Shown here: positions 23,523-36,304 of the stretch, piece by piece
Position numbering within the stretch: position 1 is the stretch's first letter
How the letters are laid out: each line of letters begins with the position of its first letter
NCBI RefSeq assembly: GCF_004010195.1
Contig: NC_057719.1
Coordinates: 21,488,892 to 21,527,820 of the forward strand
Direction: 5' to 3'
DNA from: Chiloscyllium plagiosum
Lineage: Eukaryota
DNA: 38,929 nucleotides
Program-made: the position numbers and the translations under genes
The notes under the pieces: model-generated
What the model was told of the DNA's origin: nothing
The model's input: the letters and a program-made list of their open reading frames with translations, nothing else
Database searches by the model: none

Positions 23523-25190
23523 GCTATATATATGACTAAGCTCCCATCTTTGCTGTAAATTCGATGGAATTCTGTGTGATACGTATAATAAACTGAAAGA
23601 AAGGGCTTCTGAATAAGTACCAACCAAGTGAAAGTGCCAAGCATCCAATGCTTAACATTTGGAACATGAACAACTTGATTCCCACAAGGATTGTAAATTC
23701 CTTGCTGACTGATCACTTTTTCCTGATGTCTATAGCAGTAATGAACACTAAAGGCTCATTATCTATTGATTTGGATTAAAATGAGTGCCACTAAATGATG
23801 TAAAGACCCTTGCAGCTTATGAAACTAGAACTAAGCTGACTTGTACGGCACTGAGGAGCTGTACAGAGCTCATTTTTTTGGCTTTCTTTCTTGAATCACA
23901 GTGTAATTGCTCAGGGACATTATTGATGTTGCTAAATAAACACCACAGTCTTACACGTAAAGCTGATAAAAAAAACCTCTGAGATCAGAGTACAGAGAAA
24001 AGGGAGGAGGAGGCAGCTGGTGAGTCGAAAACAACAAAAGCAGCTGAGACCAGCTCCAGAGAACAAACAATAAAAAAAGAAATTAGAAGTCCATAAGCAT
24101 TTTTCCTAGATATCACTGACAAAGATCTTCATTCTCTTCCAGAGCCATCACTTGCTATGAGACACAATGGATAAGTAAAGGTCAGGTTTACTGGAAGATG
24201 GGAGCTTAGTCATATACAGAAAAACACGATATTATTTTCCAACTGTCTTGGCTACAGAAAGAACATGAGGACCATATTGCTTGTTGTTATGATTTCTTCT
24301 CTGTTTATGTTTTGGCTGTGAGCTTTTCAAAATACATGATGCTTTTAGCACCATTTTAGTTTCCAATTACCAAGCAATTATTAATGGTCATTGTAATGGA
24401 TGTCTGATTTGCAATTCAACAAAGAAGTCAAACTGATTGATTCAGGCCTTTTCTGACATTTACATGATAAGTAATCATGGATTAATATGCAATATTACAC
24501 TTACTGCCTCATTATGCGATGAAAGTGCCATCACACTTTACAACTCATTTCAAGATAGCATAGGCACAAAAGACTGAATGGTCTCCTTTCGTGTTGAATA
24601 CTTCAGTGATTTTATGCAAGTTTGATGATACTTTGAATTTTGACAAACTCTGTGAAAACACCTTAAGCAAGAAAAAAGTTGTTGCATTTAGATTTCACAT
24701 CTGTCGTATATTACAACATGTTCAAAGCTACGCATTAAAACTGAAAAATAAGTAACCGAAACCTTTTTTTTCAAAGTGATGATTTATTAACGGTTGTCTC
24801 CTCACAGACTTAAAAAGAAATGTGATCAAGAAGCAGGAATGAAGCATTTTGCAAAAAGTAAAGTCAGACTGATGGCTATGTAAAGAAGCCATCAATATGA
24901 GGATTGACCTTCCTCCTGGGCAACAGGTCAATGTGTCAGAGATCTATTGTGATTCTGCACTTCTCAACTTCCCCACATTTGCATTTAACAAGTGAATCTG
25001 GTGAGCCAAAAATTTTAGTTGCAACTCCCTGTTTATTACAAAAAAAACAATGAAGCATTCTGGATTTATAACACAATTTAGATGATAAAGAAAATGATTT
25101 TTATTGCCTTTGTTATGTCACTGAGTGATGTAATAACAAAGTGATAACCTTTGCATCCTGGAAACTTAGCCCTGGTTTTAGTAGGTGCTA

Positions 25191-26790
25191 GGTACTTCTG
25201 CCACCCCGTGTCTGCCACCACTTCCACCCCCACCAACGCCACTCACCTGCATTCTGCTGACACGCCCCCTACATATCCCACTGTCACCATTCCCGGCCCC
25301 CAGAACCCTGAGGGGAACACCACCCCTGCTCATGGATCCACCCCCATTCCCCCCACCACCACACCTACTCCAGTTACAGGTTCTGCCCCCACTCCCAGCT
25401 CCACACCCACACCAGATCCCAGCTCCCAGCCCTGCCGAGTTTTCACCATCCCTCCAGACCTTCCCCTCACTGAGGATGAACGATCAGTCCTCAGCAAAGG
25501 ACTCACCTTCATNNNNNNNNNNNNNNNNNNNNNNNNNNNNNNNNNNNNNNNNNNNNNNNNNNNNNNNNNNNNNNNNNNNNNNNNNNNNNNNNNNNNNNNN
25601 NNNNNNNNNNNNNNNNNNNNNNNNNNNNNNNNNNNNNNNNNNNNNNNNNNNNNNNNNNNNNNNNNNNNNNNNNNNNNNNNNNNNNNNNNNNNNNNNNNNN
25701 NNNNNNNNNNNNNNNNNNNNNNNNNNNNNNNNNNNNNNNNNNNNNNNNNNNNNNNNNNNNNNNNNNNNNNNNNNNNNNNNNNNNNNNNNNNNNNNNNNNN
25801 NNNNNNNNNNNNNNNNNNNNNNNNNNNNNNNNNNNNNNNNNNNNNNNNNNNNNNNNNNNNNNNNNNNNNNNNNNNNNNNNNNNNNNNNNNNNNNNNNNNN
25901 NNNNNNNNNNNNNNNNNNNNNNNNNNNNNNNNNNNNNNNNNNNNNNNNNNNNNNNNNNNNNNNNNNNNNNNNNNNNNNNNNNNNNNNNNNNNNNNNNNNN
26001 NNNNNNNNNNNNNNNNNNNNNNNNNNNNNNNNNNNNNNNNNNNNNNNNNNNNNNNNNNNNNNNNNNNNNNNNNNNNNNNNNNNNNNNNNNNNNNNNNNNN
26101 NNNNNNNNNNNNNNNNNNNNNNNNNNNNNNNNNNNNNNNNNNNNNNNNNNNNNNNNNNNNNNNNNNNNNNNNNNNNNNNNNNNNNNNNNNNNNNNNNNNN
26201 NNNNNNNNNNNNNNNNNNNNNNNNNNNNNNNNNNNNNNNNNNNNNNNNNNNNNNNNNNNNNNNNNNNNNNNNNNNNNNNNNNNNNNNNNNNNNNNNNNNN
26301 NNNNNNNNNNNNNNNNNNNNNNNNNNNNNCTACATTGATGACTGCATTGGTGCCACCTCCTGCTCCCGCGAGGAGGTTGAGCAATTCATCAACTTCACCA
26401 ACACATTCCACCCTGACCTTAAATTTACCTGGACCATCTCTGACACCTTCCGTCCCCTTCCTGGACCTCTCCATCTCCATTAATGATGACCAACTTGACA
26501 CTGACATTTTTTCCAAACCCACCGACTCCCACAGCTACCTGGATTACACCTCTTCCCACCCTACCTCCTGCAAAAATGCTATCCCGTATTCCCAATTCCT
26601 CCGCCTCCGCCATATCTGCTCTCAGGAGGACCAGTTCCACCACAGAACACACCAGATGGCCTCCTTCTTTAGAGACCGCAATTTTTAAAAACTTTATTCC
26701 TGATGCAGGGCTTTTGCCTGAAATGTTGATTTTGCTGCTCCTCGGATGCTGCCTGAACTGCTGTACTCTTCCAGCACCACTAATCCAAAA
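25191..26790 (+). mobile_element. Penelope-like element with RT, endonuclease region deleted, 14-bp TSD
   Basis: LTEDERSVLSKGLTF; YIDD; FHPDLKFT; PFLDL; KPTDSHSYLDYTSSHP; IPYSQFLRLRHICS. The sequence jumps to the pLTR at about 26690. TSD TTTAGTAGGTGCTA at 25177-25190 and 26791-26804. Confidence 0.95.
25513..26329. other. Assembly gap inside Penelope RT
   Basis: Run of N. Confidence 1.
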
Positions 26791-27119
26791 TTTAGTAGGT
26801 GCTATGTGAGAATATCCTTTGTGCAAAAGTTCTTCCTTAGTTTCTTGATTTCCCTTTTTTTTAATTGTTCATGGGATTTGGGTATTTTTGGTCAGGTCAA
26901 CCTAAATTGCCCATTGTATTCCCTTTAAAGAAAGTAATCGTGAGCCACCTTCTTGAACTGCTGCAATCTATGTGTTATTAGGGAGAAATTGAAGGATTAT
27001 TACTCAACAACTGTGAAGGAACATTGTTATAGTTTTAAGGAATGTCTAAACTACAGAATATTAATCTCTAACTTTTATCAACTAACCTAAAAAGCTTGGG
27101 CTTTGTGATAAGGTAGATC

Positions 27120-28094
27120 TAGAAAATGTGGAAAGTGTTGGAAAAACTCAGCATCTGTGGAGGAAGAGGATTAAAGTTGATACTCTGAGTCCAAAATAAC
27201 TCATTTTTTGGAACTGAAGAGAAATGGAAATGTGATGTCTTTTATGGAATAGAAAATGTTGAAAGAAACAAATGGAACAGAAAGAAAGGTCAGTGAGAAT
27301 TTCATAGAACAAAAGGCAAAGCAAATCTTAATGGTAGTCGGGAAACAAGATAGGTCCAAGAAAGGTATTGATAGTAATGATAAATGCAGGACGTGAGTCA
27401 CAGAGTCAGAGAGTCATCGAGATGTACAGCACAGAGATTGACCCTTTGGTCCAACTCGTCCATGCCTACCAGATATTCCAACCCAATCTAGTCCCAGCAC
27501 CCGGCCCATATCCCTCCAAGCACTTCCTATTCATATACACATCCAGTTCCCTCTTAAATGTTGCAATTGTACCAGCCTCCACTACTTCCACTGGCAGCTC
27601 ATTCCATACACGTACCACCGTCTGCGTGAAAAAGTTGCCCCTTAGGTCTCTTTTATGTCTTTCCCCTCTCATCCTAAACCTATGCCTTCTAGTTCTGGAC
27701 TCCCCCCCCCCCCCCTCCATGCTCCTCATGATTTAATAAACCTTTATAAGGTCACCCCTCAGGCTCCAACGTTCCAGAGAAAACAGCCCCAGCCTATTCA
27801 ATCTGCCCCTATAGCTCAAAGTCTCCAACCTTGGAAAAAGTAAAACCAAGACACCATTGGGCTATGGAGGTGAGATGGTGGTGGAGGAGGGAATGGAGTA
27901 TGAAATGTCAGGGGAGAAACAATGGAGGACAGAGTTCATTATCTGAAGGTATTGAATTCAGACAAGATGTGAACATAGGAGCAGGACAGGTATATTAAAA
28001 TGACAAGTCACCAGAAAGTAGAGGTCACAATTGCAGATTGAGTGGAGATGTTCTGCAATGTTGTCACCCAATCTGTGTTGGGTCTCCGCAATGT
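27120..28094 (-). mobile_element. Old Penelope-like element (GIY-YIG remnant + terminus), interrupted by CR1
   Basis: The minus strand of about 27995-28094 reads IAETQHRLGDNIAEHLHSICNCDLYFLVTCHFN (YIGET..RL..R..EH pattern). Terminal part at 27120-27220. Confidence 0.65.
27395..27835 (-). mobile_element. CR1 LINE 3' fragment
   Basis: SRTRRHRFRMRGERHKRDLRGNFFTQTVVRVWNELPVEVVEAGTIATFKRELD, with a GAGTCACA-type repeat tail. Confidence 0.92.
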
Positions 28095-30395
28095 TTATCA
28101 ATGGTGTATTTTGGTTTTGTTATCAGGATAAACTCTATCTACTTAGGTGTGTGCACCCACTTTGAAAATTGTCTTCTGGCCCTTTCCAGAAGTTTCACAA
28201 GCCCCTGCACTGAGCTCACTGGGCCATTAATTGGACGTGAATGGTTTTGTGCCCCAACCAGCTCCCTAACTTCACTTTGAGGACTGCAACTCATACAGGA
28301 AGCACACACCTACCTGGAGCACAATCTTCAATGTGCACCGCTCCCCTTTTCACTCACAAGAATGACTGGAAATGTCATCACATATGTCAAGAGGAAGTCA
28401 CCAGCATTTCTTTGCACTGTGGCCAGTGTTTTTTTTCTGCAGGCACCTTTGGAAAAATAAAAACTGATTCAGGGATTTTTCCCATATTTTACAATGTGTT
28501 CTGCATGATGAAACACAAATGGCATTACCTCAGAACATAGGCTATAAAGGGTGCTGAGAAAATAAGTCTTACATTCCTCAAAGGGTTAGGAAGATAAAAT
28601 AACAGTAAGATAACATACTCAATTACTGTGGCCTTTGTGAATACTGTTAGCTATTCAACATTTTGAACTTGATACAACAGCAAAGTTATTAGCCACATTT
28701 GTCACAGTCTGGAGCAAGGTTTTTTCAAGTTATTCTTCCTTCAGTACAAAGTCAACTGTAGATAACGATCACGGATGTTAAAAGAAAAGAATCCTCTGCA
28801 GGATGTTAAAGGGAACACAGCAGTGTTACAAAGTATTTTGGGAATTTGTAGCTGAAGTTATCTACACTCCTGCACAAACAAATCTCTGGTATATACGGCC
28901 TCAGATTGCTTTTTGATGCTGCTTTTCTTTTCAATCTGCACCTACTGCTGTTTTTGTCGGAATGAGATCTCCTTCTCCACTTGAAAAGGTCTCTTTATTT
29001 TTAATTCATCTATCATTTACAACTTGTGAAGGAAATCAGAAATTAAAGGACTGTACTGTGCCAAATTCCAGAGCTTAAAAGAAGAGAATTATTTTCTCAA
29101 TAAACTGGTTATCTACAGAGAGCAAGGTTGATTGTTTTTTTGCTCAAGAATTACCTCCCTGAACTATTCTGCATCTCTACCTTTCTCTCCTACTTTAAAG
29201 CACATCTTACAAACTATCTCTTCAACAAAGCTGGTATTTTCTTATGAAGCTCAGTGTCCACGTACTGGTCAAGACACATTCATATATTTTACTCAGTCAA
29301 ATGCATTATATAATGCAAGCTGTTGCTATTATTTACAATGGTACTACTGAATGTGTATATTAGAAAGTTGGGCATTGAGAGTAACAAAAAACTGTGAAAC
29401 ATAGCAACATCTGTGAAGCTGCTTTGGCGAATTTCCAATTGTGGTTCAAACGTATGAAATTCTGAGGCAGAAATGTGAATTCATAAAATTTACTTTTGTC
29501 TTGTCAATAAGTTTATTTAACATGCTGGTACCAGTAAACAAAAGGTAATTAAGTTCACTTTAGCCTAACTAGATTTTACAAGTAACAGATTGTATACACC
29601 AAGTTTATAATTTAACCAAAAGTTTCAAATTCATCGTTAAGAATGTAACTTTAGCAGAATACAGATAAACACCAAGGCAATCTAATGAATATCGATGATC
29701 TAGCCCAATCTTTTTTCATCATAAACCCTGACTCACACACTGACAACAGATACAGTTAAGGTTGAGTTTAAAAAAAATAAATTGGAAAATTAAACAAAAT
29801 AATCATAACTTGCCAATTCAAGAACCATTTCAATGATGAATATCAGCCCTACGTGAAATCCTTAGATGACAGAATGTATTACAGGTGTGGAGCACTGCGC
29901 ATCTTACTTGAATTCAAAGCCCCGGTTCAATGCAAACAGCTTCTGGAAACTTTTACTTATTTCTTATAGACTGAAATTCATTTCTCACAGTTTTCCACCA
30001 GTCAATAACAAGAGAATACTGAGAAAATGCAAAATGAATAACAACCCTAGTTTGAAAGCTTCCTTCACAAAACTGCCTTCACAAAACTGTCTTCTGTAAG
30101 AATGGGTTGACTCTGTTTATTTTTCCAAAACCCTCTGTGGTTGGCTGGGACAGCAACAGTTGTCCTTTTATGGATCAATTCAACATCCAAACAGCTGCCG
30201 GTGCCTGAGCAAAGAAATATCTCTGTTCTGATTTGTCTACAATGTCCTTAGAGCAGGAATTAAACCACAATATCTTTCCAGGCCAGTTCCCAACATCAAA
30301 TATCCAAATTTTGTTCCCTCTTCACTTTAAAAGAAACCACAAGCTGTTATTCAAATTTCAAAGTAAAGTTCTTAAATGCAACTATCAGTTTTTTT

Positions 30396-30667
30396 TTAAG
30401 ATTAGATTCCCTACAGTGTGGAAACAGGCCATTTGGCCCATCAAATCCACACCAACCCTCCGAAAAGTAATCCACCCAGTCCCATTTCCCTAACACTATG
30501 GGCAATTTAACATGGCCAATTCACCTGGCCTGCACATCTTTGGATTGTGGGAGGAAACACACACAGACACAGGGAGAATGTGCAGATAGTCACCTAAGGC
30601 GGGAACTGAACCCAAGTCACTGACACTGTGAGGCAGCAGTGCTAACCACTGAGCCACCAGGCTGCCC
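30396..30667 (-). mobile_element. HE1-type V-SINE (tRNA-derived)
   Basis: Minus strand GGGCAGCCTGGTGGCTCAGTGGTTAGCACTGCTGCCTCACAG (A box), GGTTCAGTTCC (B box), V-domain CCTCCCACAATCCAAAGATGTGCAGG and a CR1-like tail. Confidence 0.88.
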
Positions 30668-31117
30668 CTTCTAAACCAAAACTGAGAAAAGTATAAAAGA
30701 TATTGAAGAAAAGTAGTGATGCTCTCAATAAACAGCAGTGACACTTTAGTATTAGGCATTTCAAACTCCAGACATGGTGCAAGTTTTGAGGGTGAAATCT
30801 ATGAATGAATAACATTGTTGGGTACCTGTAAAATTTCAGCATGTTTCACACATCCAACATTGCGCTTCACTGAAATCAAAATAAGAACATTAGTGCATAT
30901 TCTATTACCAATAACTTACCTGAAATCTTAAACTAGAAATTAGATTATGTTTCAAAGTTTATTTTGAAAGTTTTGACGAGAAAATGTGAGAAATAAGAAA
31001 ATCCTGGGCAGTCATTCACAGAACAGTGTGCACGTAAGAAAAACATCTTCAGTATTTCCTGGGATGAATAATGCTCACAAATGGAGATGCAAATTATTTA
31101 AAGGAAAATGTTATATT

Positions 31118-31553
31118 AATAGAGTCATAGAGATATACAGCAAGGAAACAAACCCTTCGGTCCAACTCGTCTACGCTGACCAGATATCCTAACCTAATCT
31201 AGTCCCATTGGTCAGCTTTTGGCCCATATCCCTTAAAACCCTTCCTTTCATATACCCATCTAGATGCCTTTTAAATGCTATAATTGTGCTAGCCTTCACT
31301 ATTTCCTCTGGCAGCTCATTCTATACATGCACCACCCTCTGTGTGAAAAAGTTGTCTTTTTATATCTTTCCCCTCTCACCCTAAACCTATTCTGTCTATT
31401 TCTGGAATTACCCACCCCAGGGAAAGTAACTTGTCTATCTACCCTCTGCATGCCCCTCATGATTTTATAAATCTCTATGAGGTCACCCCTCAGCTCTGAC
31501 AACCCTGGCAACATCCCTGTAATTTTTTTCCGAACCCTTCCAAGTTTCACAAC
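31118..31553 (-). mobile_element. CR1 LINE 3' fragment
   Basis: LRGDLIEIYKIMRGMQRV...RFRVRGERYK, with an AGAGTCATAG tail. Same subfamily as 27395-27835. Confidence 0.9.
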
Positions 31554-32806
31554 ATACTTATTTATGTAATTTTGTACTATTGCATACTTATAAGACATAG
31601 GAAGTCAGATGAGAGGAATATTGAATGCAAATCTCTGTATTGGGTCTGCTGTTATTTTTAGTTTACCTAGATTTGGAAGATCAAAACAAAACAGATTTGT
31701 AGATTAAACCAGAGATGGAAGAACATTGCATCAGACCCTGCAGTTCATAAAGTACAGATTAAAATAGATGAAAGAGGTAGTTGTGCAGGGTAAAAGTCAA
31801 CAAAAAATAGTGTAAGAAAATGTATAGTACTGTGCATAGCAAAATAACTTAGATGATTACATCATTCCAGAAAAAAAGTATTGAAATAGCTAAATATAAA
31901 CCAAAAGAGAGGTTGTCTTATTGCATCCAATGCTTGCCTTGAAAAGCGAATGGATGGCACACATCGATAGAATAGTGGACTTTGTAGTCAAACTGTGTGT
32001 TAGTAGAGTTCAAGACATATGATGCACTGAATATCTTCCCTCCCTTATCCAGTTTTCCCTCACCACAAGGGAGATGTGAAAGTATTGGAAGCAGTGCACG
32101 TTGTTATTTTAAGGCTGAACTTTAATGTCAAGTGCTGAATTATGCCTATATAAACTGTAAATGCAAATGACTAGAAAAATGTGATCAAATTGTTTTGCAG
32201 TGTCGCAGGCTATGTTTTAAGACAGTAAGTATTTGCTTATTGTCCATCACAGTGGACAGTCTGGATGTGACAGGAATATAGTTCTGTGGTTAATGCTGGT
32301 AAAGAAACAACAGAATACTTTGCACTTACATAGCACTTTTCACATTTTCAGGACCAGTAAATCCACAAAATTATTTAACATTAGTGAGAACATGGGAAGT
32401 AGATAGAGGTTCAACCAAGTAAAAGGTACATTTAGTACTGTTGAGAGGAATCTCCTGTCTGTACAAGGAACATGGAATAGGGCTCCAGAAGGCATAGAGG
32501 TGAATTTAAACAGCTAAAACAAAAACTTCTGTCCTGAATTGGCAGAGACCTTTCATATTGCCTGATTAACCCTATTATGATGAGCTCAGTGGCTTTCTTC
32601 AACAAGACATTTATCATGTTATCTGATGATCCAAGATTTTGTCATAAGTTCAGAACGTTCAACTTTAGGGAACAAACACCTGAAAGCCAAGTTACTCCGT
32701 CTAGCTAGGCAGTATCAAAGTGTAAAGTTGAGTAAACAGCGTGGAGTAAATTCCCAATGAAAACAATGATTTTGATGATTTTAACCCAGTTCCTTTCATT
32801 CTCAAG

Positions 32807-32900
32807 GTGGATTCAACAACATGATATATTCCAAAAATGGAAATTTGGGACGTTGCCATCGAACCAATGGAAGATTTCATCTGTTCTGCAAGAAACCATT
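32807..32900 (+). CDS. Candidate 94-nt exon (frame unresolved; e.g. MEIWDVAIEPMEDFICSARNH from ATG 32837)
   Basis: Branch-like TTTAAC, pyrimidine tract TTCCTTTCATTCTCAAG and donor ATT|GTAAGA. Two frames are fully open; the third has AAAATGG after an in-frame TGA. Repeat-poor context. Confidence 0.35.
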
Positions 32901-33084
32901 GTAAGAGCTAAATTGGCAATTTTGATGGGATCAGAAAATGTGGGATTGGAAAGGATATGTAAAGCATTTTTGCAATGTAAATCAACACTCCTTTTTTTCT
33001 GTTAAGAACCATTACAAGTCCATCATGAATTGAAATTCCTTAATTGTCCTTGAGAAGATGGTTGTGAACCATATCCTAGAACAA

Positions 33085-33985
33085 AGATAAGACTATAAGG
33101 TTGTATGATATAGGAATAGAATTAGGCCATTCAGCCCATCAAATCTGCTCCACAACTCTCTCATGGCTGATATGTTCCTTAACCCCCTTCTGCTGCCTTC
33201 TCCCCATGACCCTTGGTCCCATTACTAATCAAGAACATATCAATCTCTGTCATTAATACAATCAATGACTTGGCTTTCACAGCCTTCTGTAGCCATGCGT
33301 TCCACACATTCACCACCAAATGGCTGAAGGAATTCCCTCTCATCTCACTTCTACAGAGCCGTCCCTTCACTCAGAGGCTATGCCCTTGGGTCGTAATCTC
33401 TTCCACTAGTGTAAACAGCTTCTCCCCTCCACTCTATCCAGGCCTCTTAGAATTCAGTGAGTTTCAATGAAGTCCCCCTCATTTTTCTAAACTCTAGCGA
33501 TACAAAGCCATAGTCCTCAGTTGTTACTCAAAAAGACAAGCCCTTCATCTCCAGGATGATTCTTTCAGACCTCCACCTGGATCTCCTCCAAAGCCAGGAC
33601 TTCCTTCTTTAGACACAACAACAAAACCTGATCACAGTATTCCAAATAATAAGAGCCTGATACAGTATACAGAAGAATCTTCAATAGTATATTTCTGCAC
33701 TTATATTCGAGACGTATTGAAATGAATGCTAACATTGCATTTGCCTTCCATACTGCCAATTGATTCAGCACATCAACCATAACAGAATCCTGAATAGGAC
33801 TCCTAAGTCCTTTTGTGCTTCAGATTTCCAAAGCCTTTGCCCATTTAGAAAATAGTCCATGCCTCTATTCTTCCTACCAAAGTGCATAATCTCACACTTT
33901 CCCACATTATATTCCACCTGCCACTTCTTTGTCCATTTTCCTAGCCTGTCCAAGACCTTCTGCACCTTCCCACTTTTGCAACACT
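33085..33985 (-). mobile_element. CR1 LINE 3' portion (RT C-terminus + 3' UTR)
   Basis: LDRLGKWTKKWQVEYNVGKCEIMHFGRKN; KANAMLAFI; LEYCDQV; EMRGNSFSHLVVNVWNA. Confidence 0.92.
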
Positions 33986-34537
33986 ATCTGTCTCTCCACT
34001 TAATTCTTTTTTAAGGCATATTTTGGAAGTCACACATTTTTGTGATGACTGCTTGTTCACTGCAGAATCCCTTCCCCGCCAGCCTAGATTTCCGACTAAC
34101 AGGTTCAGCTTCTGTTGTGGAGATTGTCTGAATTTTTCAGTCATTTGCTAGCACAAGGAGGGGTGTTTCTAAAAAAATGTTCTTGCTGTGTGCCATTGTG
34201 ATACTTGGAGTCCTGGTCCAGTCTGAGGCCTAACTGTTCTCCTAAAGATCATCTTGGATGAATCTTCAAAACTGTGTTTTCTGAGCAAGCTGTATCGGCA
34301 AAGATATCAGAGATATATACTTGTATTTGGTGAAACTGCTCTGCACAGGCCTGAATACCAGATTGACAGATATCTGAACATTCCACATCTCACATTATCA
34401 ATGCCTTCAAGAGCTGAGGATTCTTGGCCAAACGTGTTTTTCTTTCCAAAGTTTGTAAAGAGAAGTCTGTTGTTTTTCTGCTTTAACAAGTGTAAGTGTG
34501 TGTATATCTGCTCATGGGTGTATGTTTTGCTTGTTAA

Positions 34538-34861
34538 GACAGGTGGCTCAGTGGTTAGCACTGCTATCTCATAGCACCAGGGAGCTAGGTTCAATTCTGG
34601 CCTTGGGTGACTGTCTGTATGGAGTTGTATGTTCTCTCCATGTCTGTGTGGGTTTGCTCTGGTTTCCTCCCACAGTCCAAAGATGTGCAGGTTAGGTGAA
34701 TTCACCATGCTAAATTGCCCATAGTGTTCAGGGATGTGTAGGTTAGCAGCATTAGTTAGGGGATGTGTAAAGTAATAGGATAGGGGAATGACTCTGGGTG
34801 GGATACTCTTGAGACCTGTTGGACCAAATGGGCTGTTTGCACACCATAGAGATTCTATGAT
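34538..34861 (+). mobile_element. HE1-type V-SINE
   Basis: GGTGGCTCAGTGGTTAGCACTGC, GGTTCAATTC, GGTTTCCTCCCACAGTCCAAAGATGTGCAGGTTAGG and a tail ending GATTCTATGA. Confidence 0.88.
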
Positions 34862-35294
34862 GAGGTAAGCATTTATATTTAGGTTTTATATTTTATCGTC
34901 ATGTGTGCTCAAGTACAGAAGTACAGGAGTACGGTGAAATGCCATATATGGCGCCATCTTAGGTACCAAGCTACAAAAAAAGCTTATGTGTAAGTAATAA
35001 GAGAAATGAGAGTTAATAAGTTAAGCATTACTTCATAGAATAGTAGAAAACTAAAGAAATAGATAATAGTTTACATGGTGTTTTAAACTAGGAAAATAAA
35101 GGAATAGCTTAAATGTTTAACAATCTTGGTTAGCCCTCCGCTTATCTCAGTCTCCGTGGAGACCTCAGCTGTCTGTTTTCGATGCTGCCTCTGCAGATAC
35201 TGTCACTTCTGCTGAAATTGCTGCCTCTCTGATATCCCCCGGTGTCTTGGTAACCTGCCTGGGCAGGATCCACTTGCACACTGAGCTGAGACAA

Positions 35295-35460
35295 TGCCAT
35301 GAGCCACTGAGAGAACAGACGATATATTACCAAGAGACCAGGCTGGGACCCACTATGAGCTACCAATAGACCAGGTTGAGAGCTGCGATGAGCTGCCAAG
35401 AGGCCAGCCAAGACCTACCATGATCTGCTGAGAGACCAGGCCAGTCTCAACCAGAGACCT
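35295..35460. repeat. Degenerate ~33-bp tandem repeat, probably inside an unclassified element starting near 34880
   Basis: Recurring ATGAGC(C/T)(A/G)C..AGAGACCAGG units, also visible in the ORF track as the repeat GLL(A/V)AHxxSQP. Confidence 0.6.
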
Positions 35461-35779
35461 AACCAGCTTTGCATTGTCACATCATAAATTTTGGTTGGAA
35501 TGAATCATTAATATTGAGTTTATTTATGAAAGCAGCTTGATGGATCTTGTTATCTTAAATCTAATTAAGTGTTACGTAGCCTCACTCTTACTCAGCCATT
35601 GGTCTGCTCTCTCATGAGAGAGAGAGAGAAAACTGGAATGGTGACTCTGAGATGGTGCATCTAATATAGATTAATCATATGACTGACTGTATAAGGAACT
35701 TGTTCAGAAGATTTGTGCTGGGTCCCATGGAATATTGAAACACATGAGATGGTACACTCCTCTGATATCAGTCAAAACA

Positions 35780-35915
35780 CCAGCTTCTAATTCCAGATTT
35801 TTATCTAACAAAATGAATTTAATTCCCCATCGGCTGTGACATGATTTGAACCCATGCCCCACAGATCATTATTCCAGGCCTTTGGATTACTTGTCCGGAA
35901 ACATAACCTTTATGC
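35780..35915 (-). mobile_element. tRNA-derived SINE head fragment
   Basis: Minus strand GGACAAGTAATCCAAAGGCCTGG...GGGTTCAAATC...AAAAATCTGGAATTAGAAG shares CTGGAATTAG with the SINE at 37975. Confidence 0.55.
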
Positions 35916-36304
35916 TTCAGTACTTCTGCCTTAAACTGTGGTTGTGAAGAAGGAAATCCACTTGCAACTCAGTTACTGGTCACAACTGATTTTCAGTGTC
36001 ACATTTCCTCTATAACATCATTAATTAAATTAGATACAGTGAAAATATAGTGCCATACAAAACTAATAAAACATAATATTTAAGTATTTAAGGGCATTTA
36101 AGTTCTCCTGTTTTCAGCCTACTGCAAGCCCAAGGTATGGTTGTAAATATCTGAAATCTGATCAAAGAGATTTCAAGCACAGCAGGCCATTATTTCTTTT
36201 AAAAATACTCTCTTATTTTCCATCACGTTTCTGATAGATGTCTGGTTGAATCAGGAAGCCGGAGCACAATGCTGTGCTTTAGTTGCTACAAAAAGAACAG
36301 AAAA

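Noticed and set aside
22276..26522. Long ORFs (225-432 aa) in the ORF track
   Set aside because: Artefacts of reading through N gaps within CR1 and Penelope copies.
28962..28990. MRSPSPLEK resembling the CFTR N-terminus (MQRSPLEK)
   Set aside because: Similarity ends after a few residues, the donor is poor and no other CFTR exons are present.
30062..30089. Perfect 14-bp tandem duplication CCTTCACAAAACTG
   Set aside because: Real but an ordinary slippage duplication with no sign of function.
34538..34610. tRNA-like A/B boxes (also 30595-30667)
   Set aside because: These are SINE heads continuing into V-domain and tail sequence, not tRNA genes.
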